Counted from the first letter of the stretch, positions 20,429 through 29,200 are shown. The stretch is 64,000 nucleotides of DNA from an uncultured Acidimicrobiales bacterium (GCA_963759645.1 CAVXAI010000013.1:149571-213570), one strand, 5' to 3'. Numbers and translations: made by a program. The notes: generated from the letters alone by a model not told the origin.

Positions 20429-20560
20429 GTGCGTCAGGACGTCGCAGCGGCAGCGGCCTCGATCATTTTCGTGACCGCGTCGGGTCGGGTGATGAGCGAG
20501 AGGTGGCCGGCCTTCACGTGTTCGATCGTCGCGTTGGCGTGCTCGGACATGAATCCCTGC
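20429..20560 (-). pseudogene. C-terminal remnant (about 42 aa) of an alpha/beta hydrolase
   Basis: The remnant reads MQGFMSEHANATIEHVKAGHLSLITRPDAVTKMIEAAAAATS*, which includes the catalytic-His region. No upstream body exists on this strand. Confidence 0.5.
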
Positions 20561-20869
20561 ATCCGGACACATCCTCTGCAACAGCGTCCTCGCGAACCTC
20601 GAACCCGGTCCTCAGGACGTGAGGGTCAACTACAAGAACGACGCACGGCCGCCGCTGCTGTTCGTCTCCGGCGAACACGATCACCTGATGCCGCCCACGG
20701 TCCAACGGTCGAACGCGACGCACTACGAGTCGAACACCATCACCGAAGTCGTCGAGTTCCCGGCCGTTCCCACCTCATGCCTGCGCAGGAAGGCTGGGAG
20801 GAAGTCGCTGACAAGGCGCTCGAATGGGCACTCGCCCACGTCGGCCAGACCGCGACGGCGCAGCTGTAA
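20553..20869 (+). pseudogene. C-terminal remnant (about 105 aa) of a second, different alpha/beta hydrolase; internal frameshift near 20765
   Basis: The remnant reads NSVLANLEPGPQDVRVNYKNDARPPLLFVSGEHDHLMPPTVQRSNATHYESNTITEVVEFP | SHLMPAQEGWEEVADKALEWALAHV. An in-frame stop lies at 20550 and no N-terminal half is present upstream. Confidence 0.6.
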
Positions 20870-20964
20870 ATCCGGCGTTCGTCGCGTCGCTGCGAGGTCA
20901 CCGCCGCGCTCGGCCAGCGCAGACCCGGCCGGGCATCGATGACACAACTCGGTTATCCAGCCGG

Positions 20965-22071
20965 TTAGCGATCGGTGGCGGCGTCCTCGTCGAGGGCTCT
21001 CCGGAGCGCTTTTCCTGACCGAGTCAGCATCCTGCGACCTCCGCGCCGGAGGATGCGGAATCGGAACCGCGTCAACAGTCCGCAGTCCTCGAGTCGATAC
21101 CTGTAGCGGACCATCGTTCCGGTGTCGGTGGGTGTGAACTCGAAGGTCTCGATGCAGGGGACGAAGAGCGGCCCGCGACCCAGGGGGACGAAGCGGGTGG
21201 TCAAGTAGCTGTACGGGCGCCAGTCGAGGTATTCGCGCAACGCGTCGCCGTGAACCCCGTGGGCGCAATGGCTCGAGGCCCCCGGTCCGAGCCTTCCTTG
21301 CTGGTTGGGCTGGTTCTTGATCGCGGTCTGCAGCGGCTGCCAACGCAACCGTTTCTCGGGATCGACGAAGTACTGCCACACAACGGCCGGCGGATACGGA
21401 TGCTCGCCGAAGGTGATCTCGACGTCGGCATCCTCGGAGCCGATGTAGACCCTGCGGGCTTCGCGCATCCGGGCAATGGCCGGCTCGAGGTCGTGCACGC
21501 CCCCCGTCGTCTGACCGAACGGCTCGAAGGACTCGCTGTGCGAGGGCAGGACGAACGATGGGGGCATGCGTTGCAGGCAGGGGTCCGTGAGGAAGGCGTA
21601 GGCATGCGGCCCGCCGCCGTCGCCCACGGTGTTCTTCAGCAGGCGGTGGACGAGGATGACGTCCGGTCCGGCGAGGTCCTCCCGGTCGCCGTCAAAGCTG
21701 AGCACATATGTGCCGTAGTGGACGACGAACTTCAGGTCCAGCGAACCGATCGACGCGCACGCGACACAGCGGCACGTAGTCCCGCGCTTCATGTCCAACA
21801 GGCGGTTGGAGAAGTCGAAATAGCAGCTCTCGATGAGCTCCAGAAGCCGCTCACCGTCGTCGAACGATTTCTCGTCCGCGTAGCAGAACACGGCGTCGCC
21901 TTCGAACTGGACGAAGCGCATCGGAGGCGAAAGCCGCTCGCGGATGAGCGCTGTCAGCTCGTGGACGATCGCGTTGGCGTGCTCGAGCTCGGTGCGGACC
22001 AGGAACGCCGTGTAGCCCGAGATGTCGGCCAGCACCAGGTAGCCCCGCCGGGTCCGCTGATCCCGTGACAC
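20965..22071 (-). CDS. DUF2652 (nucleotide-cyclase-like) domain fused to a C-terminal SRPBCC domain
   Basis: YLVLADISGYTAFL and FVQFEGDAVFCYA mimic the two metal-Asp strands of class III cyclases. The C-terminal domain reads PPAVVWQYFVDPEKRLRWQ...FEFTPTDTGTMVRYRY. The ORF is an intact 368 aa. Confidence 0.8.
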   Translation of the reverse strand: MSRDQRTRRGYLVLADISGYTAFLVRTELEHANAIVHELTALIRERLSPPMRFVQFEGDAVFCYADEKSFDDGERLLELIESCYFDFSNRLLDMKRGTTCRCVACASIGSLDLKFVVHYGTYVLSFDGDREDLAGPDVILVHRLLKNTVGDGGGPHAYAFLTDPCLQRMPPSFVLPSHSESFEPFGQTTGGVHDLEPAIARMREARRVYIGSEDADVEITFGEHPYPPAVVWQYFVDPEKRLRWQPLQTAIKNQPNQQGRLGPGASSHCAHGVHGDALREYLDWRPYSYLTTRFVPLGRGPLFVPCIETFEFTPTDTGTMVRYRYRLEDCGLLTRFRFRILRRGGRRMLTRSGKALRRALDEDAATDR

Positions 22072-22191
22072 AGGCCACGATACTTGCAGCCGACACGGCC
22101 CCGAGCGCCTCGACTATGGCATCACGCGCTCACCTCTTGCGCTGCTAGGGCCAGCTCGACGGGCAATCTGTGCGTGCAGGCTGCCGACGAG

Positions 22192-23049
22192 TTAGCGGCC
22201 CAGATACGCGAACAGGTGCGCCTCGCCGATTCCCTTCAGGGTGTACATCCCACGATCGTCAAACGCGACATCGGATGCAAGCACGAGAGTGCGTGTCAGT
22301 TCCGAGGCGAGTACCTCATCCGGCCCGGCCGCCTGCGCGATGCGCGCCACCTCATGCACTGCGACTCCACGGATGTCGGCGGCGACGACCTCGACCTCAC
22401 CAACGTGGACTCCGGCGCGCATGTGAAGCCGCTCGCGATTCGTTCGCTCTCGAATCTCTCCGGCGCACCAAAGCGCCTGCGCGGGACCGTCAAAGGTGAC
22501 GAGCATCCCATCACCGGTCGTCTTCACTTCGCGGCCGTCGAAGCGTTCGAGTTGGGTTCGCACCATCTCGTAGTGCGCCGAAAGCATGTCACGCCACACG
22601 GAGTCTCCAACGGTCGCAGCGGTTGGCGTCGAGTCGACGAGGTCGGTGAGCAGCAGTGTCAGAAGACGCCGACTCTTCGTGGCACGGAAGGAATTGAAGG
22701 CGCGTACGCCGCCCCATTCGATTGTGCTGACTGGCGCGTCGCCGACGACATAGCCGTCGTGACCCGGCGGCATGTCATACACGTCACCCGCGTGAAGCTC
22801 AGTGCGACTGCCGTCCGGATATTCGAACGCGAATGTGCCCGAAAGAATCGTGCCGACGTGACGGGCTTGGCACCATTCACCCCCGACGATCGGGCGCATG
22901 TGAACGGACCACCGCCAACCGGGCATCGCCGTTGAGTGAGCAACAGTGAGATCGCCGACCGTCACCGCGTGTTGCACGACACCAGGGTTCTCGAACACCT
23001 CGTCCGGATGCTCGAAGGACTTCGATTGCCCCGCCACGGCGGCAATCAT
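22192..23049 (-). CDS. Cupin-domain / class III adenylate-guanylate cyclase fusion
   Basis: The cupin part reads GTILSGTFAFEYPDGSRTELHAGDVYDMPPGHDGYV. The cyclase part has LLLTDLVDSTPT, VKTTGDGMLVTF, RAGVHVGEVE and GVAVHEVARI. The ORF is an intact 285 aa. Confidence 0.85.
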   Translation of the reverse strand: MIAAVAGQSKSFEHPDEVFENPGVVQHAVTVGDLTVAHSTAMPGWRWSVHMRPIVGGEWCQARHVGTILSGTFAFEYPDGSRTELHAGDVYDMPPGHDGYVVGDAPVSTIEWGGVRAFNSFRATKSRRLLTLLLTDLVDSTPTAATVGDSVWRDMLSAHYEMVRTQLERFDGREVKTTGDGMLVTFDGPAQALWCAGEIRERTNRERLHMRAGVHVGEVEVVAADIRGVAVHEVARIAQAAGPDEVLASELTRTLVLASDVAFDDRGMYTLKGIGEAHLFAYLGR

Positions 23050-23298
23050 TGAGCCGAAACTTCGCGGAGGTCAACCGGCGGGCTGAGGCGACCACAAAGC
23101 ACGCACTCACTCACCGACTCTCGACACGCGCCATAGAGGCTTTGTGCACACGCGGTCTTCCGGACGAGCCCGACGACGCCCGCGACGCGGCACAAGCCCG
23201 ACTTCGAGAGCGGGGGAGCTGACCCGGAGTCGGGGCTCGCGATCAGTGGCGACGCGTGAGGACTTTGCGCGTTACATACAGACGATCCGAGGGTTGGT

Positions 23299-23469
23299 TC
23301 ACCGCGGCGGCAGCTTCGCTCCGATGCAGCCGGCGGTCGAGCACTTCGCCCGCGCGACCTCACGCTCGACGCGCTTGCCATCGTCGTTGAGGCGGGCTTC
23401 GTAGGTGACGTTGACGCTGTGGCGGAGGCAGTAGGCGCATTGGACGGTTCGGACGATTGAGTCGGGCAT
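23299..23469 (-). CDS. 56-aa zinc-ribbon miniprotein (below the ORF-track cut-off), probably leaderless
   Basis: The protein reads MPDSIVRTVQCAYCLRHSVNVTYEARLNDDGKRVEREVARAKCSTAGCIGAKLPPR*, with CxxC ... CxxxC. A TACACT (TANNNT) -10 box at 23476-23481 ends 6 nt before the ATG, and no SD is present. Confidence 0.45.
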   Translation of the reverse strand: MPDSIVRTVQCAYCLRHSVNVTYEARLNDDGKRVEREVARAKCSTAGCIGAKLPPR

Positions 23470-23524
23470 CGAACAAGTGTACGATGAGGGGTGGGCGACT
23501 GCGCCCCGAGAGGTTCGGCTCCGG

Positions 23525-23885
23525 GCTAGCTCTTGGTCGTCACCGAGATGTCGTAGAAGGCCGTCGCGTTGTTTACGGGGTGGTAGTCACGGGTGCCGAT
23601 CGCCAGGTCGCCGTTGGGCCTCAAGCTGCCGGAGTCGCGAGCGCTGCGCTTAGTTCTGCAGGCATCGTCGCGACCTTCCGCCGTAGCTGTGCCCCACCAG
23701 GATCACGTCCTTGCCCAGTGCGGACGCATGACGCAACAGTTCTTGTGGCGCACATCAGAGCGCGGGAACGGCCGCGCGGCGCTCGTCGACAAACGGCGCG
23801 ACCGCCGAGTGTGCAATCCCGGAAGCAATCCGGTACCAGAACCCGAAATCCACCGGCCGGAACCCTTGCAGCACTACGGGCTTTT
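23525..23885 (-). pseudogene. N-terminal remnant of an alpha/beta hydrolase (nucleophile elbow present, in-frame TGA, frameshifts)
   Basis: The remnant reads KPVVLQGFRPVDFGFWYRIASGIAHSAVAPFVDERRAAVPAL*CAPQELLRHASALGKDVILVGHSYGG and then loses frame. It abuts tRNA-fragment copy a. Confidence 0.55.
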
Positions 23886-24062
23886 CGTGTCGGAGGGGGG
23901 GACTTGAACTCCCACCGGTCCTGTGATCGCCCGTAGCGCGCTTGCTCTCGGTGTCACGGTTCCGCAGGTCGCGTGGCCTTTCTCGTCGACCCCGCGTGGG
24001 CCGCCGATGGCGGCTGTCCACGGTTGTCTGTGACCAGGGTTGTGACCGCGCTTCGACGCACG
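23850..24062 (-). repeat. tRNA-Leu 3'-end-containing repeat, copy a (core 23888-23914)
   Basis: The core tgtcggagggggggacttgaactccca matches the tRNA T-arm and acceptor 3' half. The left flank is ccggaaccc..ttgcagc. About 150 nt of the right flank is homologous to copy b. Confidence 0.75.
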
Positions 24063-24303
24063 ATGACCAGATCTCGGGACCCATCCCGCCGCCCGGCATC
24101 GCCTGCCGACACCCGTGCGTCGCGGGCTCGTCGAAACGGATGAAACCGGGACGGGAGAGGGGTGTACTCGTCAACTTCTAAGCGGCTACCGCGGCCCCCA
24201 CCCGAGACCATCAACGCCTACCTCGATGAGGCCTACGAACTCGGCAAGGGCTTCAGCGTGCCGCGAGCACCGCGAGCATCGCTCGCCACCAACTAAGCCG
24301 GCC

Positions 24304-24713
24304 ATGAGGCGGCTACCGATCGTCTGGCACCGCCTTGTGTGAGCGGAGGCCGAACGTGCGACCGCTGCGCAGCAACCCAACACGAAGTCGAACACGCTTT
24401 GCACACCCTCGAAGAGGCGCTCCGGCCACTCGAACCACAATTTGAGATCCGCGAACTCGACGAGGTCTCGTTCGAGCAGGGCCCGGCTGCCTCGAACCGC
24501 ATTTGGATCGCCGGTAAGCCGGTCGAAGAGTGGCTCGAAGGCACCGTCGGAAGCGGCCGCTGCTGCTCACTGTGCGGCGACTCGGAGTGCCGCACCGTCG
24601 AGGTCCGGGGCACCACCTTCGACGCCATACCAGAGCGACTCATCCTGCAGGCGTCGCTGCTCGCCATCTCAAGGCTCCTCGACACGCCACCGGCCTCGAG
24701 CGCCTGTGCGTGA
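24304..24713 (+). CDS. DUF2703-family CxxC protein; frameshift near 24340
   Basis: The protein reads MRRLPIVWHRLV | SGGRTCDRCAATQHEVEHALHTLEEALRPL...SNRIWIAGKPVEEWLEGTVGSGRCCSLCGDSECRTVEVRGTTFDAIPERLILQASLLA. This matches the recalled DUF2703 pattern (W.RLV..G.TC.RC ... SNRIW..G.P.E.W ... CC..CG...CRT.EV.G..Y..IP). Confidence 0.7.
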
Positions 24714-24757
24714 GACTCGAAACCGGCAGCGAGAATGTCAGGTCAAACGTTCAGAGC

Positions 24758-24970
24758 GACCCGGAACCACTTCCGTTCCAGCAATCGGACATATCTCGGT
24801 GTCGGAGGGGGGCTTGAACCCCACCGGTCCTGTTCTTGTCTGCGCTGGCTTGGCCTTCGGTGTCACTGGTTCTTCAGGTCGCGGGCCATCGCCTTGACTC
24901 CGACCAAGCCGCCGTTGTCGCTTGTCCGCGGCAGTCTGTGACCATCGAGGTGACCGGCGGTGGTGCACGC
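24758..24970 (-). repeat. tRNA-Leu 3'-end-containing repeat, copy b (core 24800-24823)
   Basis: The core is tgtcggaggggggcttgaacccca. The flanks are homologous to copy a on both sides, at an estimated 65-70 percent identity by eye. Confidence 0.75.
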
Positions 24971-25283
24971 TTGAACTCGGGCGCGTCTGCGTGCCACCTG
25001 GTGATCGGGGTTCGCTGCGGCAAGAAACGACAGCGACACTGATTTGGACGGGTTGTCATGTGATGAGGTCGAGGAGGCGTTGCAGTGCTGAGCGGGCGTC
25101 CAGTCGTGTTCTTGGTGTGCTCCGAGAGGTCCGAGCAGCTTGTCGCGATCCCGATTCGGGAGCCGCCACGCAAATTGGGGCGTGGGCGGCGCCCGTTCGC
25201 GCAGCTCCGTGCGTCTGACTTTCCCGAGAACTCGAGCACACACCGGCTGAGCGAGACGGCGCCGGACCACGTCTTGGCGACCG

Positions 25284-28200
25284 TCAGTCGCACACGGAGC
25301 GCGCCAACAACGCATGTCGCGGCATCCCGAGCGCCTCGTAGCCGTCGATCGCTTCCGCGGCCATCGCGCGCGCGGCCTCGCGGTCGCTTGCCAGACCGCG
25401 CAGATGGAGCATCCGCGCGTAGAAGCGCCCGGCATCAATGACTTCGAGCCGCATCGGAAGCTCAGTAGCGCGTTGGATCGCGTCCTGGTAGTGGCCCTCC
25501 GCCAGCGTCCAGTCCCCCGCGCAGGCCGCCGAGATCCCGCACAAGGTGTCGAGCAGGCGGTAGTCCCAGCTGCGCATCAGGCTACCGGTGGCCGCGAGTT
25601 CGACCATCGCGTCGTACAGCGACGCAGCCTCTTCAGTCGCACCGAGCACCGCGAACGCCTCAACAGCGGCGGCCGCGAGGCCCCACTTCGTCGTGGAGTT
25701 TTGACGTCCGCGCACGGGGAACTCGGGTCGCGCGGCGTCGATCAACTCCAGCGCGCGCTGCCGGTTGCCCAAGTATGCGTGCATGAGGAACAGCCGTCCC
25801 AGGTGTCCTCCAGCCGCGCTGCGGCCTTCGAGACGCGCCGCCGCCTCGAACTCGGCGACCGCTTCGCCCCAGCGGCCGGCCCAAAACATCGCTTGGCCGA
25901 CGCGCGTGTGGCCGACCGACATCATCCACGGGAATCCCATCGCGCTGCCGAGCTCCAGCGCATACCGGCCGCGCTGCTCGAGAACCGCCGCATCCGGATG
26001 CCGACCGAACTCTTGGAACGTCTGGCTCTGCTCGGCAAAGACGTACGCCGACCAGTTGCCGAGCCGCTCCGCGAGCGCGAGCCCCTCGCTGTCCGGCGTC
26101 AGCGGCGTCCCCGAACCGACCGAGCCAGCCGAGTGACGTGCCGAGATACCCCATCACGTTTGCGACGTTCCATAGGTCTCCCGCTCGGCGAAGGTGCGCG
26201 ATGCTTTCGCGGCCTTCATCGAGCGTGAGCGCATACTGGTGGTACTGGAAGTGGTGCGCCGCCTGCGAGTACAACGCGAGGCCGAGCATCCCATCGTCAT
26301 CGTGCGCCCGCGCCGCGTCGATTGCCTCCCGGAACTCGTCCTCCGCGCGGTCGTAGTCTCCCGCCTGACTGGCAAGCTGGCCAGCAAGTGCGCAGAACCC
26401 GGCGCGGTAGGCGCTCGGGCGATCCCCGAGCGCGAGCATCCCACGGTCGAGGAGTCGCATCGTCAGGTCGCCTCGGCGCCACAACGCGACTTGGATCGTG
26501 GCACTGAGGCAGAGGCGTGCTACCGCGAGCGCATCGCCCTGTTCCTCCATGGCGTCCAGAGCGTCGCCCCACCGCTCGAGGGCGGCGTCGAGGTGACCGA
26601 GGCTACGCTCGGCCGTTCCCAAACCCTCGAGCACGCGCCGCGCGTCGCGGTCGCATCGTGGCCAAGACGTTCCCAAGCCTGCTCAAAGTAGGCAATCGCG
26701 TCTCCGTAGGCGGCAGCTTCGAGCGCGCGCTCACCGGCCATGACGAGGAAGCGAATGGTGCGATCGGGATCGGCCCAACGCCCAGCGTGCTCGAGGTGGT
26801 AGGCGATCGAGGCCGCGTGCTCCGGCAGTGCGGTCGCGTTGACTTGCTCGAGAGCGTCCGCGAGTCGCGCGTGCAGCCGCTGCCGGTTCACGAGGGTGAT
26901 CCCGTCGGAGAGCGTCCTGCGGATCAAGTCGTGCGCAAACGTGAACCGAACCGACTCGCCCTCGACCGACGAGGTGATGATGCGGGCGCGTTCGGCCTCG
27001 TCGAGGGCGTCGACCAACTCGTTCTCAGGGAGCTCCTGCAGTGCCTCGAGCAGCTCGAAACCGAAGTCGCGCCCGAGGAGACAGACCGTGGTGAGGATCC
27101 GACGCGTGTCGTCACGGAGCGACTCCAAGCGGTTCTCGATCGTGAGTCGGGCACTCTCGGGGACATCGATGTCGCGGAGAAGGACCGTCCTCCAACCCCC
27201 ACCCGCAACCAGCAGACCTTCGTCCGCGAACTGGCGGAGCACCGCGTCGAGGAAAAAAGGATTTCCTTGCGTCGCCTGATGGAGTGCGTTGACCACGTCG
27301 GGCGGAGGCGTGCTCCCGGCGATCGTCATAAGCAACGCCTCCACGTCTGCAGGTGCAAGGTCGTTGAGGACGATGGAGCGCATGAGGTTGCGCCGTTGCA
27401 GCCGCACGAGTGTCTCTCGTAGGGCCGCGGGAACGGATTCATCGCGCGTGTAGGTCGCGGCAACGAAGATCGGCAGGTCGGGCAGCCGTACAGCGAAGGA
27501 CTCGAGGAGCAGGAGCGAGTGCTCGTCGGCCCAGTGAACGTCGTCGAGCAGGATGACCATTGGTCGGACACGCGCGAGGTTTGCGAGCACTTCGCCGACA
27601 GCACCGAACAGGTAACGGCGTTCCTCGCGCGCCGGCATCTTGGCCGGTGGTGGGATCTCTCTGTACATACGCCGGATGACCGGGAGAAGCCGCGCTATCG
27701 CACCGGCATCGTCTCCAAGACAGACGCGGAACTGTTCGGCGCTCATCCTCCGGCGGGACGCGTCGAGGACTTCTACGAACGGGAGGTATGGGTCCGACTT
27801 ACCGACCGACTCGCACCGAGCAGCGACGAACTGGAAGCCTCTCGCCTCGGCCTCGATGCCAACCTCCGCGACCAGCCGCGTCTTCCCGACGCCAGCGTCG
27901 CCCGTGACCACGACCAGTCCGCCTTGGCCCCCGCTCGCGCGACCGATTCCCTCGCGCAACGATGCTTGCTCAGCCTCGCGCCCGACAAAAGGCGCGCGCC
28001 CTTCGAGGTGCCGTGCCGGTTCGGCGAACTCCCCGTCGGTCGCCTCGAACAGGCGCCACTGCTCGCGAAGACCTTTCAGCCAGAACAACCCGCGATCGAC
28101 GAACGTGTACGCCGGTGCGTCCACTTGCTCACGGACGGCCTCGGAGAGGAGAACCTGCCCGCTGCGCGCCTTTGCGGCAATGCGCGCCGCGGCGTTCACG

Positions 28201-28538
28201 GCGAGACCGAACACATCGCCTTGCTCCTCGATGACCGAGCCGAAGTTCAGTCCGAACCGCACGCGCGGGGCGTCGGCAGGGTGTCCGCTGGCGAGCTCCT
28301 CAAGGCGCGCCCGCATTTCGAGCGCTCCCGCAACGCCGCCAGTGCAAGTCGGGAACACGACCAGGAACCCGTCACCCGTCGACTTCACGACTCGGCCGTT
28401 CTGAGCTTCGGCGGCATAACGAATGACGCGCTCGTGATCACGCAGAAGCGCTACCGCCACCTCGTCGCCGTGGGCGCTCGCGAACGCGGTCGAGCCCTCC
28501 ATGTCTGTGAAGAGGATCGTCATCGGAGGCGTGCTCAT
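25284..28538 (-). CDS. Class III nucleotide cyclase - STAND/AAA_16 P-loop NTPase - TPR multidomain protein (about 1085 aa); frameshifts near 26660 and 26100
   Basis: The cyclase part has ILFTDMEGSTAF, KSTGDGFLVVF and FGLNFGSVIE. Walker A is VVTGDAGVGKTRL and Walker B is MVILLDDVHWAD. TPR-like repeats run through ORFs 25660..26676 and 25284..25940 (...EAIDGYEALGMPRHALLARSVCD*). No C-terminal HTH was found. Confidence 0.85.
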
Positions 28539-28609
28539 ACGGCGCAGTTGCCCAGATCGATTTCCTCATGCACACTTGCACATCTCCAAAGCACCGGAAG
28601 GGGTGTCCG

Positions 28610-28978
28610 ATGCCAGCAGCCGCAGTTGCTTTCAAACTTGGGTCGGTGCTGACGCCAGAGAACCTCGCACAGTTGGGTGGGGACGCGAGTTTGATGTCGC
28701 GCCTCGCCACCGAAGGAAGCTTGGTCGAGCTGGCCCAGGAGTTCGGGGAGATCACCGACCCGGACGAGGTCGAATACTTCAGTTCAATCCCGCGCGCAAT
28801 CCAAGAGTCCATCCGCGTCGCGATCCGGGCGGCGATCCAGGATGGCAAGGGCGTGCAGATCCAGTTCTCGCCCGCATACGACTTTGGGCTCCGCATTTGG
28901 GACTATGGGCAGGCGATCAGCGTGCACTTGGAAGGGCCCTACACCGAAGCCACGATGCCCACGCGACTCTCGCAGTAA
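28610..28978 (+). CDS. Hypothetical 122-aa protein, divergent from the cyclase-STAND gene
   Basis: The ATG at 28610 follows GGAAGGGG. The protein reads MPAAAVAFKLGSVLTPENLAQLGGDASLMSRLATEGSLVELAQEFGEITDPDEVEYFSSIPRAIQESIRVAIRAAIQDGKGVQIQFSPAYDFGLRIWDYGQAISVHLEGPY. I recognise no family. Confidence 0.5.
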   Translation: MPAAAVAFKLGSVLTPENLAQLGGDASLMSRLATEGSLVELAQEFGEITDPDEVEYFSSIPRAIQESIRVAIRAAIQDGKGVQIQFSPAYDFGLRIWDYGQAISVHLEGPYTEATMPTRLSQ

Positions 28979-29117
28979 CCCGTTGCGCGACTGGGGCCGA
29001 CGACCACTCGGTCCCGCCGCGGCCAGGGCTACACCCAAATCCCAGCACGACGCGCCGCCCGACGGCCGTAGTCCGCCGAGCGCGACATCTCCGCTCACAG
29101 GATTCAGCGCAGAACCC

Positions 29118-29200
29118 CACCACCGGAACCCCTTGCAGCCGTAGGCGATCGTGGTGTCGGAGGGGGACTTGAACTCCCACGAGGCCCGTTATCGCCCTGA
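29118..29200 (-). repeat. tRNA-Leu 3'-end-containing repeat, copy c (core 29155-29179, followed by CCA in the tRNA sense)
   Basis: The core is tgtcggagggggacttgaactccca. The left flank caccggaacccc ttgcagcc and about 20 nt of the right flank are homologous to copy a. Confidence 0.75.

Noticed and set aside
23600-23720. The in-frame TGA in the hydrolase fragment (AVPAL*CAPQELL) as a selenocysteine or read-through codon.
   Set aside because: The surrounding gene is truncated and frameshifted. No SECIS-like hairpin follows the codon. The position is not a catalytic Cys in this family.
23888-23975. Repeat copies a and b (also 24800-24905) as intact tRNA, tRNA-Sec or tmRNA genes.
   Set aside because: Only the T-arm 3' half and the acceptor 3' strand match a tRNA. 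No D-arm or anticodon stem-loop can be drawn. The putative 5' acceptor strand is mismatched in copy a. The acceptor lacks the G3:U70 alanine identity and the 5' GGGG of tmRNA.
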